DNA of 64,000 nucleotides from Octopus sinensis (lineage: Eukaryota), in contig NC_043016.1 in the NCBI RefSeq assembly GCF_006345805.1, positions 8,618,001 to 8,682,000 on the forward strand, in the 5' to 3' direction. A model generated the notes under the pieces. The model saw nothing but the letters and a program-made list of their open reading frames with translations. It made no database searches and was not told where the DNA came from. The translations under genes and the position numbers were made by a program. Positions 49,421 to 63,336 of the stretch are shown here, in pieces; the first letter of the stretch is position 1, and every line of letters starts with the position of its first letter.

Positions 49421-50885
49421 GCTATCCTGCAAGAAATACATTCAACCAACATCTTAAATAAAGTAGAATACATTTCCCAGTGTAGTCCCTGATATGACGT
49501 GATGGTCATGGCTAGAACGTTTTTTAATATTACATGGGCCTAAACAACAACAATGACCACCTTCTATATTTCTATTTTTTATTTTATTTGGCAGTGCTGC
49601 ATCAACACACCCATGCCGGTAGCATGTAAAAAGCACCCAGCACACTCTGTAAAGTGGTTGGCATTAGGAAGGGCATCCAGCCATAGAAATAATGCCACAA
49701 TGGACAACTAAAGACTGGACAGCTCCTGTCAAACCATCCAACCCATGCTAGCATGAAAAACAGATATTAAATGGTGATGATGATGATGTCTGTGTAGGGG
49801 GAGAAGAGGTGCTTTTTAGATAAGCATACTGAAAACATACACACACACATACACACGGCATATATTCTCTCTCTGTCTCTCTTTTTCTCTCCCTCTCTCA
49901 CTCTCTCTCTCTAAGCTAACCTGCAGAGATTATACAGCATTTTTTATGGTGACGTTTTCATTAATTTCAAAATCTATATTACATACAGTCTGTATTCAAG
50001 TTACCTTAGTTAACAAAAATTATGAATGTAAATTAATCAATACCAGCTGCAGAAAAGCATTGGTTACAATGAAGAACAAAAACAAAAACAAAAATAATCA
50101 CTTGCTTGCATTTTCAGGCAAGTTCGCATTTGCAGATTAGGCTTTCATTGCTTATTGTTCAAAATATTGATTTCTAATATTGGCTGATTCAAGGCGACAA
50201 ATTTGGGGTGAAAGGATTGGTCAAATTAATCAACCCTAATACACTTTTATTTTATCAACCTTGGAAGGGTGAAGAACAAAGATGAATCCATTGTGTGATT
50301 CTCAACTCCACTGCCCATACTTCTCCAGCATTAGCTAATTAGATTAATTCATCCTAAAATTACATTAGATCTGAAAACCAATGCCATGTAAAAAAGCACT
50401 GATGACGGTGCCACTTAAAAAGTCCATGTGATGGTGGCACATAAAAAGCACTCTGTACACTCTGTGGAGTGGTTGGCGTTAGGAAGGGTACCCAGCCATA
50501 GAAACCAAACCAAAACAGACAGTTGGAACCTGTTGTCGTCCCTGACCCTGTCAGTTCCTGTCAAGCCATCCAACCCATGCCAGCATGGAAAACAGATGTT
50601 AAATGTTGATGATGATTTACCAATGTACAGGGGTAAAAGGGAAAAGACTCCCTTCAGTCATGAATGACCATGGGATTGCACCTAAAAAGTTCCCCTCTGA
50701 GGCTCAAATCTGGGCACGGTTGTTTATGGAAGACTAGCAGTCATCCATGCCTTCCAGCCTCCCCTCTCCATGCCACTGATGTTATCCAAGGGAAAGGCAA
50801 AGGCCAATACAGTGTGACGTTGCAACTCATTTCTACAGCTGAGTGAACTGGAGCAACGTGAAATAAAGTGTCTTGCTCAAGTATA

Positions 50886-51118
50886 TGTTTCTTTATTACC
50901 CACAAGGGGCTAAACATAGAGGGACAAACAAGGACAGACAAACGAATTAAGTCGATTACATCAACCCCAATGCGTAACTGGTACTTTATTTATCGACCCC
51001 AAAAGGAATGAAAGACAAAGTCGACCTCGGTGGAATTGGAACTCAGAATGTAACGGCAGAAGAAATACGGCTGCGCATTTCGCCCGGCATGCTAACGGTT
51101 CTGCCAGCTCGCCGCCTT
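50886..51118 (-). mobile_element. SINE-B nested in SINE-C, 18-bp TSD gtgtcttgctcaagtata
   Basis: TSD at 50868-50885 and 51119-51136. Confidence 0.88.
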
Positions 51119-51719
51119 GTGTCTTGCTCAAGTATACAAGACACAACCTGGTCTGGGATTCGAACTCACTACTTCATGAGTGTGAGGCTGATGCTCTAAG
51201 CACTGAGCCTCGTACATACCAATGTACAAACAGTGTACATTTACTTACATTACTTCAGAAAGTACACTGAGGACAATGCCTTTCAAATAAAACTGAAGCT
51301 TACCCAGTGGTGTTCCCTGTAATCCATACCTCAAGGAAAAACAAAGACAGTCATTGACTAATAATGTTTGTTTCTTCCTCACCGTACATGTACTTCTAGT
51401 TAACCTTTTAATGATTTCTGCACACTTCTCATGCTTACCAACATACTCCAACCTCTGACCCATCTCTACTTTTTACCATTTCTGCTGGTACAACAGTAAC
51501 CTCTGTTACATGGTACTGGTTGGCATGTACTACCTTCATTCAGGAAATCTTCACTTATTTGGCCCACTACCTTCATTGTTCTTTCTCTTGCTCTTCATAT
51601 TGTGTACACTTGACCACGTTCACCTCTCCCTGGGCCCTGCTTTAACCCTCTAAATTTAGTCCTTCCTTCCAGCAAGCCACTGCTTCTTCATATTGAGAGG
51701 TCACAGCTCTGGTTCTGTG

Positions 51720-51965
51720 GACATGTAATTAGAATGCTGCAAGAAAGAATTGTAAGACAAATTCTTCAAGCTGAGCCATCCAGCAGAAGACCTATTGGTA
51801 AACCAAGAACATGATGGTCAGATGACATCCATAGTCTCAGTTGGTCCAAACTCGGGAATCCATTTGGAAGGTGTAATGATTGCTGCTTCTGATGAAACCC
51901 TTTTGAAGGATGAAAGAGATGCCTGAAGACTCTTCCCTCATGACCCTCCCAGGAATAATGGGCCA
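51720..51965 (+). mobile_element. RTE LINE C-terminal fragment
   Basis: RQILQAEPSSRRPIGKPRT*WSDDIHSLSWSKLG..., similar to GRRPRGRPRTRW.D....LAW.RLG. Confidence 0.6.
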
Positions 51966-52290
51966 CTGAGTTGATTGATTGATTGATTCTAGTTTCAGCC
52001 CATGAGCTGTGGCCATGCTGGGGCACATGTTTCTATAAATATTCCCAGCCTCTTCCTTCAAACTAATTCAACTTTTTTTTTCCTTTTTAACATTTTAAAC
52101 TAATCTCCACAGACTGACTAAAAGCTGTAACAAATTGGATCCTGAGACAGAAAAAGTATCACAGTCAATTGGAATGAACCTCGGTGTATGATTTGGCATT
52201 TATTTCGACAACTACTAGGAAGACAAAAAGACAAAGTCAACCCAGGCAAGATTTGAACTTAAAAATATAGATATGACAGAGAATAAATAC

Positions 52291-52524
52291 CTATTTCTTT
52301 ACTGTCACAAAGAGCTAAACACAGAGAGGACAAACAAGGACAGATAAACAGATTAAGTCGATTACATCGGCCCCAGTGCATAACTGGTACTTATTTAATT
52401 GACCCCGAAAGGATGAAAGGCCAAGTCGACCTTGGCGGAATTTGAACTCAGAACGTGACGGCAGATGAAATACCGCTAAGCATTTCACCCGGTGTGTTAA
52501 CGTTTCTGCCAGATCGCCGCCTTC
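52291..52524 (-). mobile_element. SINE-B monomer, TSD ataaatac
   Basis: TSD at 52283-52290 and 52525-52532. Confidence 0.85.
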
Positions 52525-53872
52525 ATAAATACTGCAATGCCATAGCCCCAACCCATATCATTCTAAATATCACCAATACTAGTTTTCTTCAATTATGAAC
52601 AAAGCCCTATGAATGGATTTGGTATACAGGAACTGACTGAAGCCTCTGTGTGTGTGTGTCTTTGTTTGCCCCCCCCCATAACCACTACCACTTGATGACC
52701 AGTGTTGGTGTGCTTATGCCTTTATAACTTGGCAGTTCAACAAAAAGAAAAAAAAAGACCAATAGAATAAGGACCAGACTTAAAAGAAAAACTTAAGTAC
52801 TTGAGTCAATTTGTTCAACTAAAGTCCTGCATAGCAGTGCTCCAGCGTGGCCAACACCTAATGACAGAAACTAATCATATTAATCAATACTATGCACTGT
52901 CAAATAAACTTTTATGTGGTTGCTATACCTGCTAGAAATAGAAGCTGAATTTCCCTCAAACTTCACCTTGCCATCTTACAAAGAAAAATAAGAACAAAGA
53001 GCACTTTGAATGATATAGTCCTACATAGACTATTCCTGAAAACAAGACAGGTCAATTACATTGAAAGCTTTGGTCATAGATCTGCCCAATAAAGGCTGAA
53101 CCAGAGCTGAACAATATAACTAATCGATATGTTTACGTATGTCAAGAATTATATTTCTACGTATAAACCAATAATGATTTTCCCAAATTCACACTCACTT
53201 TGATTAAAAACAATTACCATAAAACACAAAGCATTCTCTTGCAATAAAAGGAACTGTCATGAAGGTATGAAGTTCTAAATCCTGCCCAGCGTGATTAACA
53301 TCCAAAAATATCAAAAGTTTCTTTTGGTCATAATATTCAGTACAACTGCATAATTCGAACAAATTGTTTCCAGCTTCAAATTAGCCCTGATCAAACAAAC
53401 TTAAGATCAAAAGTATTCTTGCCACAATCTCTCCCTTTCTCTCTCAGAAACAGTGTATCTAAGGCTATATTTTCTAATATTTTCATTCCATGGTTAGGTG
53501 GTAGTGAATAATTTGAAGTAAATTTGGGTAACAGCTTCCAAATTGATTCATATAACGTGTGTAGAACACATAGGAATTATACAAATAGTCTCCTTCTATT
53601 ATGATCCCATTCACAATTAGGAGGCTTTTTAGGAATATTAAATCAACCCCGATACTTTACTGGCGCTTTATTTCATCAATCCTGGAAAGATGAAAGACAA
53701 AAGTTGACATCAGTGGAATTTTAAATGGAGAATGTAAAGAGTCACGGTTAGATATTGTAGCCATTTTGCCTTGTGACATTTAGTGTTGTGAAGTGGATTA
53801 TTATTGGTTAATTTTAAATTAATACCTGTAGGGACACCGTATTTCATTATGCAACCTTAACATGCTACAAAG

Positions 53873-54612
53873 TATATCAAACGTTTTTATACGTAAAAAG
53901 CACCATCCGACTCGTGGCCAATGCCAGCACCGCCTCGTCTGGCTTCCGTGCCGGTGGCACATAAAATACACCAATCCGACCGTGGCCGTTGCCAGCGTCG
54001 CCTGGCACCTGTGCAGGTGGCACGTAAAAAGTACCCACTACACTCACGGAGTGGTTGGCGTTAGGAAGGGCATCCAGCTGTAGAAACACTGCCAGATAAG
54101 ACTGGAGCCTGGTGCAGCCTTCTGGCTTCCCAGATCCCCGGTCGAACCGTCCAACCCATGCTAGCATGGAGAACGGACGTTAAACGACGACGATGATGAT
54201 GATGATGATGAACACCATGCTCTACTGTGTTAGCAGTGCTCTTATATCACTTGATAATATTATCTCTTCAGATTTTCTACAGAAATTATATCCAGCATTG
54301 ATTTTGTTGTTTATGTCTTGGATATGAAACATCATCATCATTTATGTCTTGGATATGAAACATCATCATCATTTAACGTCCGCTTTCCATGAGGTCTCAT
54401 GAACCAGACTCCAATCTGATCTGGCAGAGTTTCTACAGCTGGATGCCCTTCCTAACGCCAACCACTCTGAGAGTGTAGTGGGTGCTTTTTACGTGCCACC
54501 GGCATGAGGGCCAGTTTGGTGGTACTGGCAACGGCCACGCCCAAATGGTGCTTTTTACGTGCCACCCGCACAGGAGCCAGTCCAGCGGCACTGGTGACGA
54601 CCTCACTCGAAA
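53873..54612. mobile_element. Tail-to-tail inverted pair of SINE-E (53873-54210 +; 54361-54612 -)
   Basis: The same family in opposite orientation, about 150 bp apart. Confidence 0.85.
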
Positions 54613-54939
54613 TCAGTGCTGGCTATAATTTCTCTAGAAAATCTATAGAGATGACCTTAAACTCTAAATTACTGACCAATGAAGAAACTTCTCTCATTTA
54701 GAAAGCATTTATTATGAACTTGGAACCGGATGTCTCTCAGTTTGTTTTCCTTTTTCAGGTATTTATCATATTAATTTGAAATTCATCATGAAATCATCTT
54801 TTACAATTTTCAACGGAACACAACTGACACTTTTATGGCATCAATAAGTAGAATGATTTATTTATTGGATTAGATGCAAAAATAACAAACATTAAATTAT
54901 AATTTTTTTAAAAAAGGGGGGGACAGATATACATGCATA

Positions 54940-55356
54940 GGCACAGGAGTGGCTGTGTGGTAAGTAGCTTGCTTACCAATCACATGGTTCCGGGTTCAGT
55001 CCCACTGTGTGGCACCTTGGGCAAGTGTCTTCTACCTAACCCTAACCCTCAGGCCTACCAAAACTTTGTGAGTGGATTTGATAGACGGAAACTGAAAGGA
55101 GCCCGACGTATATATGTATATGTATATACATATATACATGTGTGTGTGTTTGTCTTTGTCCCCCCCCCCACCAACATCACTTGACAACCGATGCTGGTGC
55201 CTTTACGTCCCCGTAACTTAGCGGTTCGGCAAAAGAGACCGATAGAATAAGTACTATGCTTACAAAGTATAAGTCTTGGGGTCGATTTCCTTGACTAAAA
55301 GGCGGTGATCCAGCATAGCCACAGTTAAAATGACTGAAACAAGTAAAAAGAGAGTA
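54940..55356 (+). mobile_element. SINE-A, full length
   Basis: Near-consensus copy. Confidence 0.9.
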
Positions 55357-56254
55357 TATATGCATACTTACCCCACCATATGTACATTAATGAAGCTATA
55401 ACAAATTGAATCCCGGGGCAGAAAACCAGAAACAACTGGAATTTGCTCAAAACAGAAAACAAATTGTACCAGAGGCTGCTCGATAATACAATTGATTAAT
55501 GGGGGTCAAGAAGTTGAAATTCCTGACAAATAATTTCTTGTTCTAGCAAGTAATAGCTTGCCACATTTGAACTGCAACAGATAGTGAGAAATCCGTTCAG
55601 TTTAATGGGTATACTAACAAAAGGTCCTGTAACCATATCTGTTATGGGCTATTTGTACAAGGAAGTGCAGAGAACACATAGATGGTAGATTGCCATTATA
55701 ATAAACAAATGAAAAAATTTTATAAATGAGCTTGTGAATAAAGGGTTTTTGTTTTGTTTTTTTTTTTCTTATTAATATAGAAGACAATTTGGGTTAGCAA
55801 CAGCTGTAATAACAATTTTCAGTTTTATTACTGGATCAATTAAAAGTAAGTAAAGTTTCACAGCAATATTTGACACTCATGATCGTCTTTATTGATATTA
55901 ATTACCATGCGATGAATATGCGAGTTATGTTTCATATGTAAATACTGTTGTAAAGTGTACAGAATATTAAGACTACCTGCTCCAAAATTATGAGGTCAAA
56001 TCCACTGAAAGTGTTTTGTTTGTTTCAACAAGATCACTAATTGTGTGAGATTTATTGCTTGTTTGTGCTACACCATACTGGTAAGTATTGATCTACATAC
56101 ACCACTTAAATACTTATGCATACACACTACACATACATAAACATATATATTTAAATAGCCATCTATGTATCATACTCAATGTATAGGCATCATTGACAGG
56201 CAAGGTAGTATGGACATTTTGTTCAAAATTTCTTCATAGAGACACTGTGTTAAA

Positions 56255-56763
56255 TCTATATATATAAAACTCTAGTTGTGTGAGTGTCTGTCCCCTTCGA
56301 TTTAGATTCCTAACTCCTCCCACATTTTGCGGTGCAGTTTAACCAAATTCGGGTATCTTATAGTCGTGATTCATATCGAGCCCATCTGGCTATTAGCGCG
56401 CGTCAACAATGAGTCTACGATTTTAAAAATAATTTAACATCATTTTTTATTCCATTTTAATGCATAAAATGCATCGGTGTCGATGGCGGCGGAATTGGCG
56501 TCCACGCTCACAGCTGCACTGTTTGCTTCTCCCCTTCCCTCCCTCGTGAAGCTGTGGGGAAGGGAGTGTAAGGAAATCAACGTCGTAATGCGTTATCAAG
56601 GAGACCAGCGTTCTTTTAGAACAACGACTTCATGGCTTGAAGACACCAAAACAGAAATGGCTAAGAAAGCCCGAATTGGCATCTATAAGGGAAGTAACTC
56701 TCTAAAAATGCTTATATAGTTATTTCCCTTACAAACCCGAGCAACGCCGGGTGATACTGCTAG
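56255..56763 (+). mobile_element. Non-autonomous Helitron, copy 2 (intact termini)
   Basis: A|TCTATATATATAAAAC ... hairpin CCCGAGCAACGCCGGG (56736-56751) ... CTAG|T; no TSD. Confidence 0.88.
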
Positions 56764-59029
56764 TATATAAATACAATTTATATATTGTGGTTCTCAAATG
56801 TTGTGATTTTTCATCTCCTTATCTCAATATATACATTGTGTTTTTAACACAACACTTCTGTTAGAGATTTCTATCTCAGGCAAAAGCCACAGTGTCTTGT
56901 TAATCAATTGTGTAAATACATTAGGTAAAACACATAGATGATTATTTTAATGCAATGCACCTTCAGTAGCATATACTGAGTGTATCATCATCATCATTTA
57001 ACATCCGTTTTCCATACTGGCATGAGTTGGACAGCTTAACAGGGGCTGGCAAGCTGGAGAGCTGCATCTGGCTCCAGTTGTCTCTTTTGGCAAGATAACT
57101 ACAGCTGGATGCCCTTCCGAACGCCAGCCACTTTACAGAGTGTAGTGGGTGCTTTTTACACGGCACCAACACAGGCGCTTTTTACGTGGCACCAGTACAG
57201 GCACTTTCTGCGTGGCACCTGTCTGTCCATGTGGTGGAATTAATATTATCAAATAAAGAATTTAGAGATGTTTCATGAAAAAAATTCTTCCATTACTAAG
57301 TTGCTGACATTTGAGCTTAATTTATATATGTTATCATAAATTTGTGATAGTATGTTTATATTTAAACACTTTTAAGTGAATGGTTGTATACTGGAAAACT
57401 CAGAAATCCAAGGCAGTTTGATCTCAAAATGGTTAACCTTTTGCACACTGCATCTTCTCTAGTGTTGTTTCTCTTGCCACTGTCCTGTTACAACAGGGGA
57501 GAAAATTCATATAGTGACATGATGCACCTACAGTGTGCTAAAAGTTAAAAGGACTAAGAAGAAAAGGCTCATCGTTCAGTGGTTAGAGCGTTGGGCTCAC
57601 AATCATGAGGTAGTGAGTTTGATTCCCAGACCGGATTGTGTGTTGCGTTTTTGAACAAGACCCTTTATTTCACATTGCTCCAGTTCACTCAGCTGTATCG
57701 TCCTTTGTCTTTCCCTTGGATAACATCAGTGACTTGGAGAGAGGAGGTAGGTATGCAAAGGCCACTGCTGATCTCCCATAAACAACAAACCTTGCCCAGA
57801 CTTGTACCTCGGAGGGGAACTTTCAAGGTACAACCCCATAGTCATTCATGACTGAAGTAGGTCTTTATTTATTTATTCATGAACAGTTTATTAAAATAAA
57901 CTTGTCGTTTACTATAAGACAAAAACGAAAAATACTTTGGAGAAGCTCGACGTAGTCACTGGCAGAGTAATTTAGAAGTTCACTTCGCAAATATAGTATC
58001 TTAAGTTCAATCAAGCTGTGTGATATCTAGAGGGCAAGTGTTTTTTAAATCTTTAGATATCAGACCAAGTTAAGCTTTGTAGTGAAATTAAGCAACCAAG
58101 AAGTTGTGTTGAAGCCCACCAGATGAACTGTAACTGTAAAGCAAAGGGCCAGCCTGGTCACACAGTGTCCTTGCATGAAATATTTAGCTAATTACACAAT
58201 GATAAACTGAACTATCTGCTTGTTAAATTAAACTGTACTATTATTCATCATTGAAAATGACAAAGAATCTATTTACTTGCCATGTTTTTGTTTGTTTTTT
58301 TTTTGTTGTTGTTTTTTTTTGTTTTTTTTTTTGGTGTTCTTTTTTATTATTCTTTGTTTCCTTTTAGATACTCATGCTTGAAATGGGTCACTTAACTTTT
58401 CAAAATTTCGTGTCAAGTTGTTTATGTCCCTATAACTTAGCAATTCAGTGAAAAGGAAAGAATAAATACCAGATTTGAAAATAATTACTCGGGTTGATCT
58501 GTTCAGTTAAAACCCTTCAAGGTAGTGCCCCCAGCAAATAAAAGTTAATGATAAAAGAGAGCCGAGAGGTATATATATGTATCACTTGCAACCTATTTAA
58601 TATTCACATCCATTCAGACTGTCTATATATAGTTAAATAGGAGTGTCTCTTAATGAGAATTATTAATAGACTTAAAATTGTTTTTCGTCAATTCCTTTAA
58701 AATAACACCAAATACATAAAGCTAACAAACAAACCTCTGATTGTTTTGGCCCGCTAGAAAGAGCAACCAAATCCCACTTGTAAATGACATCCTGTCAGCA
58801 TAACAATAAAGGTATAATTTACATAAATGTACTAGATTTAAAAAGTTATGGTGGTTAATCATCAATGACAACATCTAAATATATGATAGAATGGTAGAAA
58901 CAAAACATCAGATGAAAACGTTATGAAGTAAAATAACCTCCTTTCTTTATGTTCTGAGTTCAAACCTTACCACAGTCGCCTTTACTTTTGATTCTGACAA
59001 GAGTAATGGAATAAGTACCAGTCATGTCA

Positions 59030-59510
59030 TCATCGTCATCATATGCTCTCACAGTATGTTGATGACCCTACAATAGAAGTCTTTCCAAATAAAGTGCAAG
59101 TTCTCCCATCGGAAGAAGCCTTAGCATTACTTCATTCTGACTTTTCTCATAGTGTTTTCTCGACAGATATTGGGGTAGTTTGTCATTGCCTTCCCCAACT
59201 GGATGGCTGTTGGCCCACAAGGAGCTCATCCGTCCTTCGGCAGGTCTTGTTTTTAGTCCTGCTTGGTGCTCCAGACACGCTCCTCACAAGAATAGCATGC
59301 TACTCAAGTGGGAGAGCTGATTTGGTTGCTGATCACCCAACCATGGAACAGGCGATACTGGTTTACATGGTACCAGTAGCAGGTATCATCAGCTTTTGAC
59401 GAGATCCCCTCATCTGATTACAGCCAGTCATGTCCTAGGAGAATTTTTCAATTGACTCATGTTGGTTCTGCATATAAAGTGCCTGAGCTGGTTTCACGTG
59501 AAATGCACCT
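59030..59510 (-). mobile_element. Non-coding RTE/BovB-related element (bipartite SINE-like)
   Basis: Minus strand ggggaaggcaatgacaaactaccccaatatctgtcgagaaaacactatg (59148-59196) resembles the BovB/Bov-A motif GAAGGCAATGGCA.CCCACTCCAGTA.TCTTGCC..GAAAA.CCCATG. A short GAT-like tail follows. Confidence 0.45.
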
Positions 59511-62500
59511 GCGTTAGTGTCACATATAAAGCATCCAGTGCACTCTGTAAAGTGGCTGGAATCAGGAAGATCATCCAGCTGTAGAAATCATACCAAAACA
59601 TATCAGAGCCTAGTGCAGCTGTCCTCCTGACCAGCTCCAGTCAAACCGTTTGACCCGTGCCAGAATGAAAAATGGACGTTTAGATTAAAAGATATGTAAT
59701 ATATGAGTGTATATTATTAAATTATATATTACGCACTCTATTGTGTTTTGTTATGCACGTGATTCCTCCAGTGCATTGAAATAAAATTGTCTTGCATGGA
59801 ATTGGTCTATGATGCAAAAATGGCTGGGGACTACTACTCAACATGTTTGAACTTAAAACAAAGGGTCATAACTAAGTACAGTAGGAACAGAGGTATCCAT
59901 TTTTATTTTTATTTTTATTGTTACTTTGTTATAGTTCTGCCAATCTACCACCTTAAATTGCTAATTTTAAGGTGCCAATTTTAAGCTGCCGTCTTCCTTC
60001 TATCCTACCCAGACAGGGCTCTGTAAAGAGTTCTGAAACCTTCCCTCAGGCTAAAAGTTTAAAAAAAAAAAAAAATTCTAGTAGTATATGACTGCAACTG
60101 CAGAACACAGCTGAGCTAACACTAGCCCTTTGTAGCCCAAATAATCCCAGGTATGTAGGGTTCCTTGATTGGCTTGAAATGACTGTGAAATATGAACTCC
60201 TATTAAGAGATCGTATTTCATTCTTTTTGTCTATTGTAGTTTACTACACCAGCTCTTTTTCACTTCTTTTTTTTTTTTTTTTTTTTACATGGTTAATTAA
60301 ATACAGATTCCCACCATTTCTGCTATTTGCCTCATTGTCCTCCTGCCCATCCCACTTCTGACGAGTATAAGAAATCATTATTACTAACTTCAAATATCAT
60401 CCAAAGTCAATATTGCTCCCCATCCCTCTGGGACCAATAAATTAACATACTAGTTAAGGACTGAGGTCGATGTAATTATCTAGGCCCCCTCCACTCAGAA
60501 ATTGCTGGTCTTGTGCCTAAATTAGAAACCATTATTATTATTATTATTCACCAAGGTCAACTTTACCTCCCATCTCTCTGGGGTCAAAGAAATAAAATAC
60601 CACTCACATATTGGATTGCTGTAATCAGCTAATCCTCTTTTCCCTAAAATTGTAGACCTGATGCCAAAACTTGAAATTATCATTATTATTAGTAGTAAAC
60701 TGAGGATACTTAAGTCTAAATTTCAATAATAAACACTTTTTTTATTTTTTACTTGTTTTAGCCACTGGACTCCGCAAGGCATTGCCCCAACATGGCCACA
60801 GTCCAATGGCTATAACAAGTAAAAAAAAATAAAAAAGTGTTTATTATTGAAATTTAGACTTAAGTATCCCAAGTAGCCATGATGTGCTAATAGAAAAATG
60901 ATTGTGAAGGAGAAATAGCTGTTACTGTTAGCCAGTGACTTCAGTATTAGCTAGAAATAACAGCCAAATTTTCATTCCAAACTTAAAAGAACACTACCAT
61001 CTTTAAAGAATTTGAAAGAAGGAAGAACATACTTGGACAATATACAAAACAGTCATGATATCACAGTGGGAAGCTTTCTGATCACAAGACTGTGCAATCA
61101 GGGTTGGGTTGGCCTGGTAAATAATAAATAAATAAATGCGCCCTTTTAAAGCCAAGCCAGGCTCATGGACCTGGTTTCCCGGTTTCTATGGCGTATGTGT
61201 TCCCCAGCTGGACGGGACACCAGTCCATCGCAGTGCTAGTCATTTTTGCCAGTTGAGTGGACTGGAGCAACGTGAAATGAAGAGTTTTGCTCAAGAACAC
61301 AACACGTCGCCCAGTCTAGGAATCGAAACCACAATCTTACAATCATGGTGCTGACACCCTAACCACTAAGCCACGCGCCTCCACAGTTGGCCTGGTAGTG
61401 AGGGTTAATCACTATTATATATAAAAATACATGATTAAAGAGTTAGTGAAGGAAAGCAGTGTTGACAGTGTGTGTTGAAGTTGAACAGCTGAGATCAAAA
61501 TTACTCTAGAAAAGTCCTGCTGCATACAAAGATAAATTTAAGTGTTTCCTGTTACATATAACAATTGACAGCTTAGAAGTTGTTTAGCCCTGATACAGGT
61601 GTTCTAGTTGTGACCATCCTGCTGTTTTTTTTTTTTTTTTTACTGTCAGTCAGAGACAACACTGCTTAATATATCTTTGTTTAAATCAGATAGCAGGGTA
61701 ATGGGGTTTAAGTGAAGTAACTCTTACTTTTAGCAGGTCAGCTGACCAGAGATATTTAACTGGTAAATCAGACAAGCAGCTTTTAAAAGCTTTTAAAAGA
61801 ATCATTTTTTTGTTTGTTCATTTATTTAATTTTATTTTTCGTAAATTTTTTTAATTTTTTTTTTCCTCTCTTTTTTTTTTGATTAACTGAAATAATATTT
61901 ATTCCACCGTTTCAACTCTTTGTATTTATTATATGCAAACATAAAGGCAGTAAGCTGGCAGAAGTAGGAAAGCATTTGAAAAATTTCCTTTCAGCATTTA
62001 TTCTGGCTCTCTACACTTTGAGTTCAAATCCCACCAAAACTAAATTTGTCTTTCATCTTTCAGGGATCAATAAAATAAAGTATCAATCAAATACTGATGG
62101 TCAACATAATCAGTTTACTCCCTGCCAACTCAAAATTGTTGATCTTATGCACATATTGGAAACAACAACTTACCAACACAAGATCATTACTCATTTCTTT
62201 GGACTCTATAGTTACTAAAAAAAATTTATAATTAATTAAGTTAGAATTAAAAATATTTAAGGCACAGTTCATTAAATATCTAACAAGAATTAATTATGTT
62301 GTAAGAAAATGATTTTTAATAAAAATGGGAAATGATTCTAAACAGATAATAGTTTTATTAAGACCTTATCAGCAAAGTATAAGCTTCAATGTTCTTGCCA
62401 ATATAGTGACAGAAGAATCACTAAAAGATACGGATTTTGCACTAGGTATGCATTAAAGACAAAAATAAACTAGCTTTATGCTTACTAGTTATATAAAGGT

Positions 62501-63336
62501 CGGAAGCTGAAATTACTTTACATTATTTAGCATGCTTTCTCTCACTGATACAAAATAAACAAAAAAAAAAAACATACAATTGAAAAATTGTTGTGTCGCA
62601 AAGACAATCTCCAATTAAATCATTTGGAAATATAAAATTTGGCAGGACTGTTCAACAGATGTTAGAACTTTTTTTTTTTAAATCAAATAGAAAAAAAAGA
62701 AAGAAAAAAATCAACAAATAGCAGCAATTCTAAAACAGCCTTTCAGTGATAACAGTGTCCAATTCCGGTCGATTTAAGAAGAAGAAAAAATTCTTACATG
62801 CTAGAAGTATAGTGATAATTAATTCATATATCCTCTGCATTGCAGAAGTGTTGCATTCTTCAAAATCTCACTGCAACAGGGAATTTCTGAGCACAAAACC
62901 TATTTTCACATTAACTTCCATTCCTGAAAATTCCTGCTATAATGTGGAATTCTGTAATAGGTAAATGTTTTTTTTTCTTGTTATGGAATTCCGCATTACA
63001 GAATCACTAAAAGACTTCCATAATGTGAAGCAAGCCAGGAGCAGAAATGAACTGAGAAAAGGAAAGACAATAACAGAGAGAGAGAGAGAGAGATGGACAT
63101 TTAAAGATATTGGCTAATCAAGTAGAGACATGTAACAGGTGAAAAGATTCCATGCATTTAGCGGAAAGCTGAGTGCATATCAACAACTGTAGTATTTGTA
63201 ACAGGACTCTCCGCAATACCAAAATAGTCTTTGGAGTTACTTGAGCTATATTCTGGACTAGTCATGGGTAAACAAAAGCCCATAGGTCTTTCTGAATGGC
63301 ACACCTAATGAAAAATTATCTTGAATATTTTTAGTA

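Noticed and set aside
51885-51930. CTGATGA...GAAA resembling a second hammerhead
   Set aside because: It lies in an RTE C-terminal coding remnant (AASDET...). Helix III and the cleavage site are absent, and stem II has a mismatch.
55370-55540. Minus-strand hydrophobic frame ending at GGG|gtaagt in phase 1
   Set aside because: An in-frame TAA lies upstream and the only ATG is 5 codons from the donor, so it is not a credible signal peptide.
62940-63005. Short imperfect inverted repeats (aatgtggaattc / gaattccgcatt)
   Set aside because: An 11/12-bp match is within chance expectation in 64 kb of AT-rich DNA.
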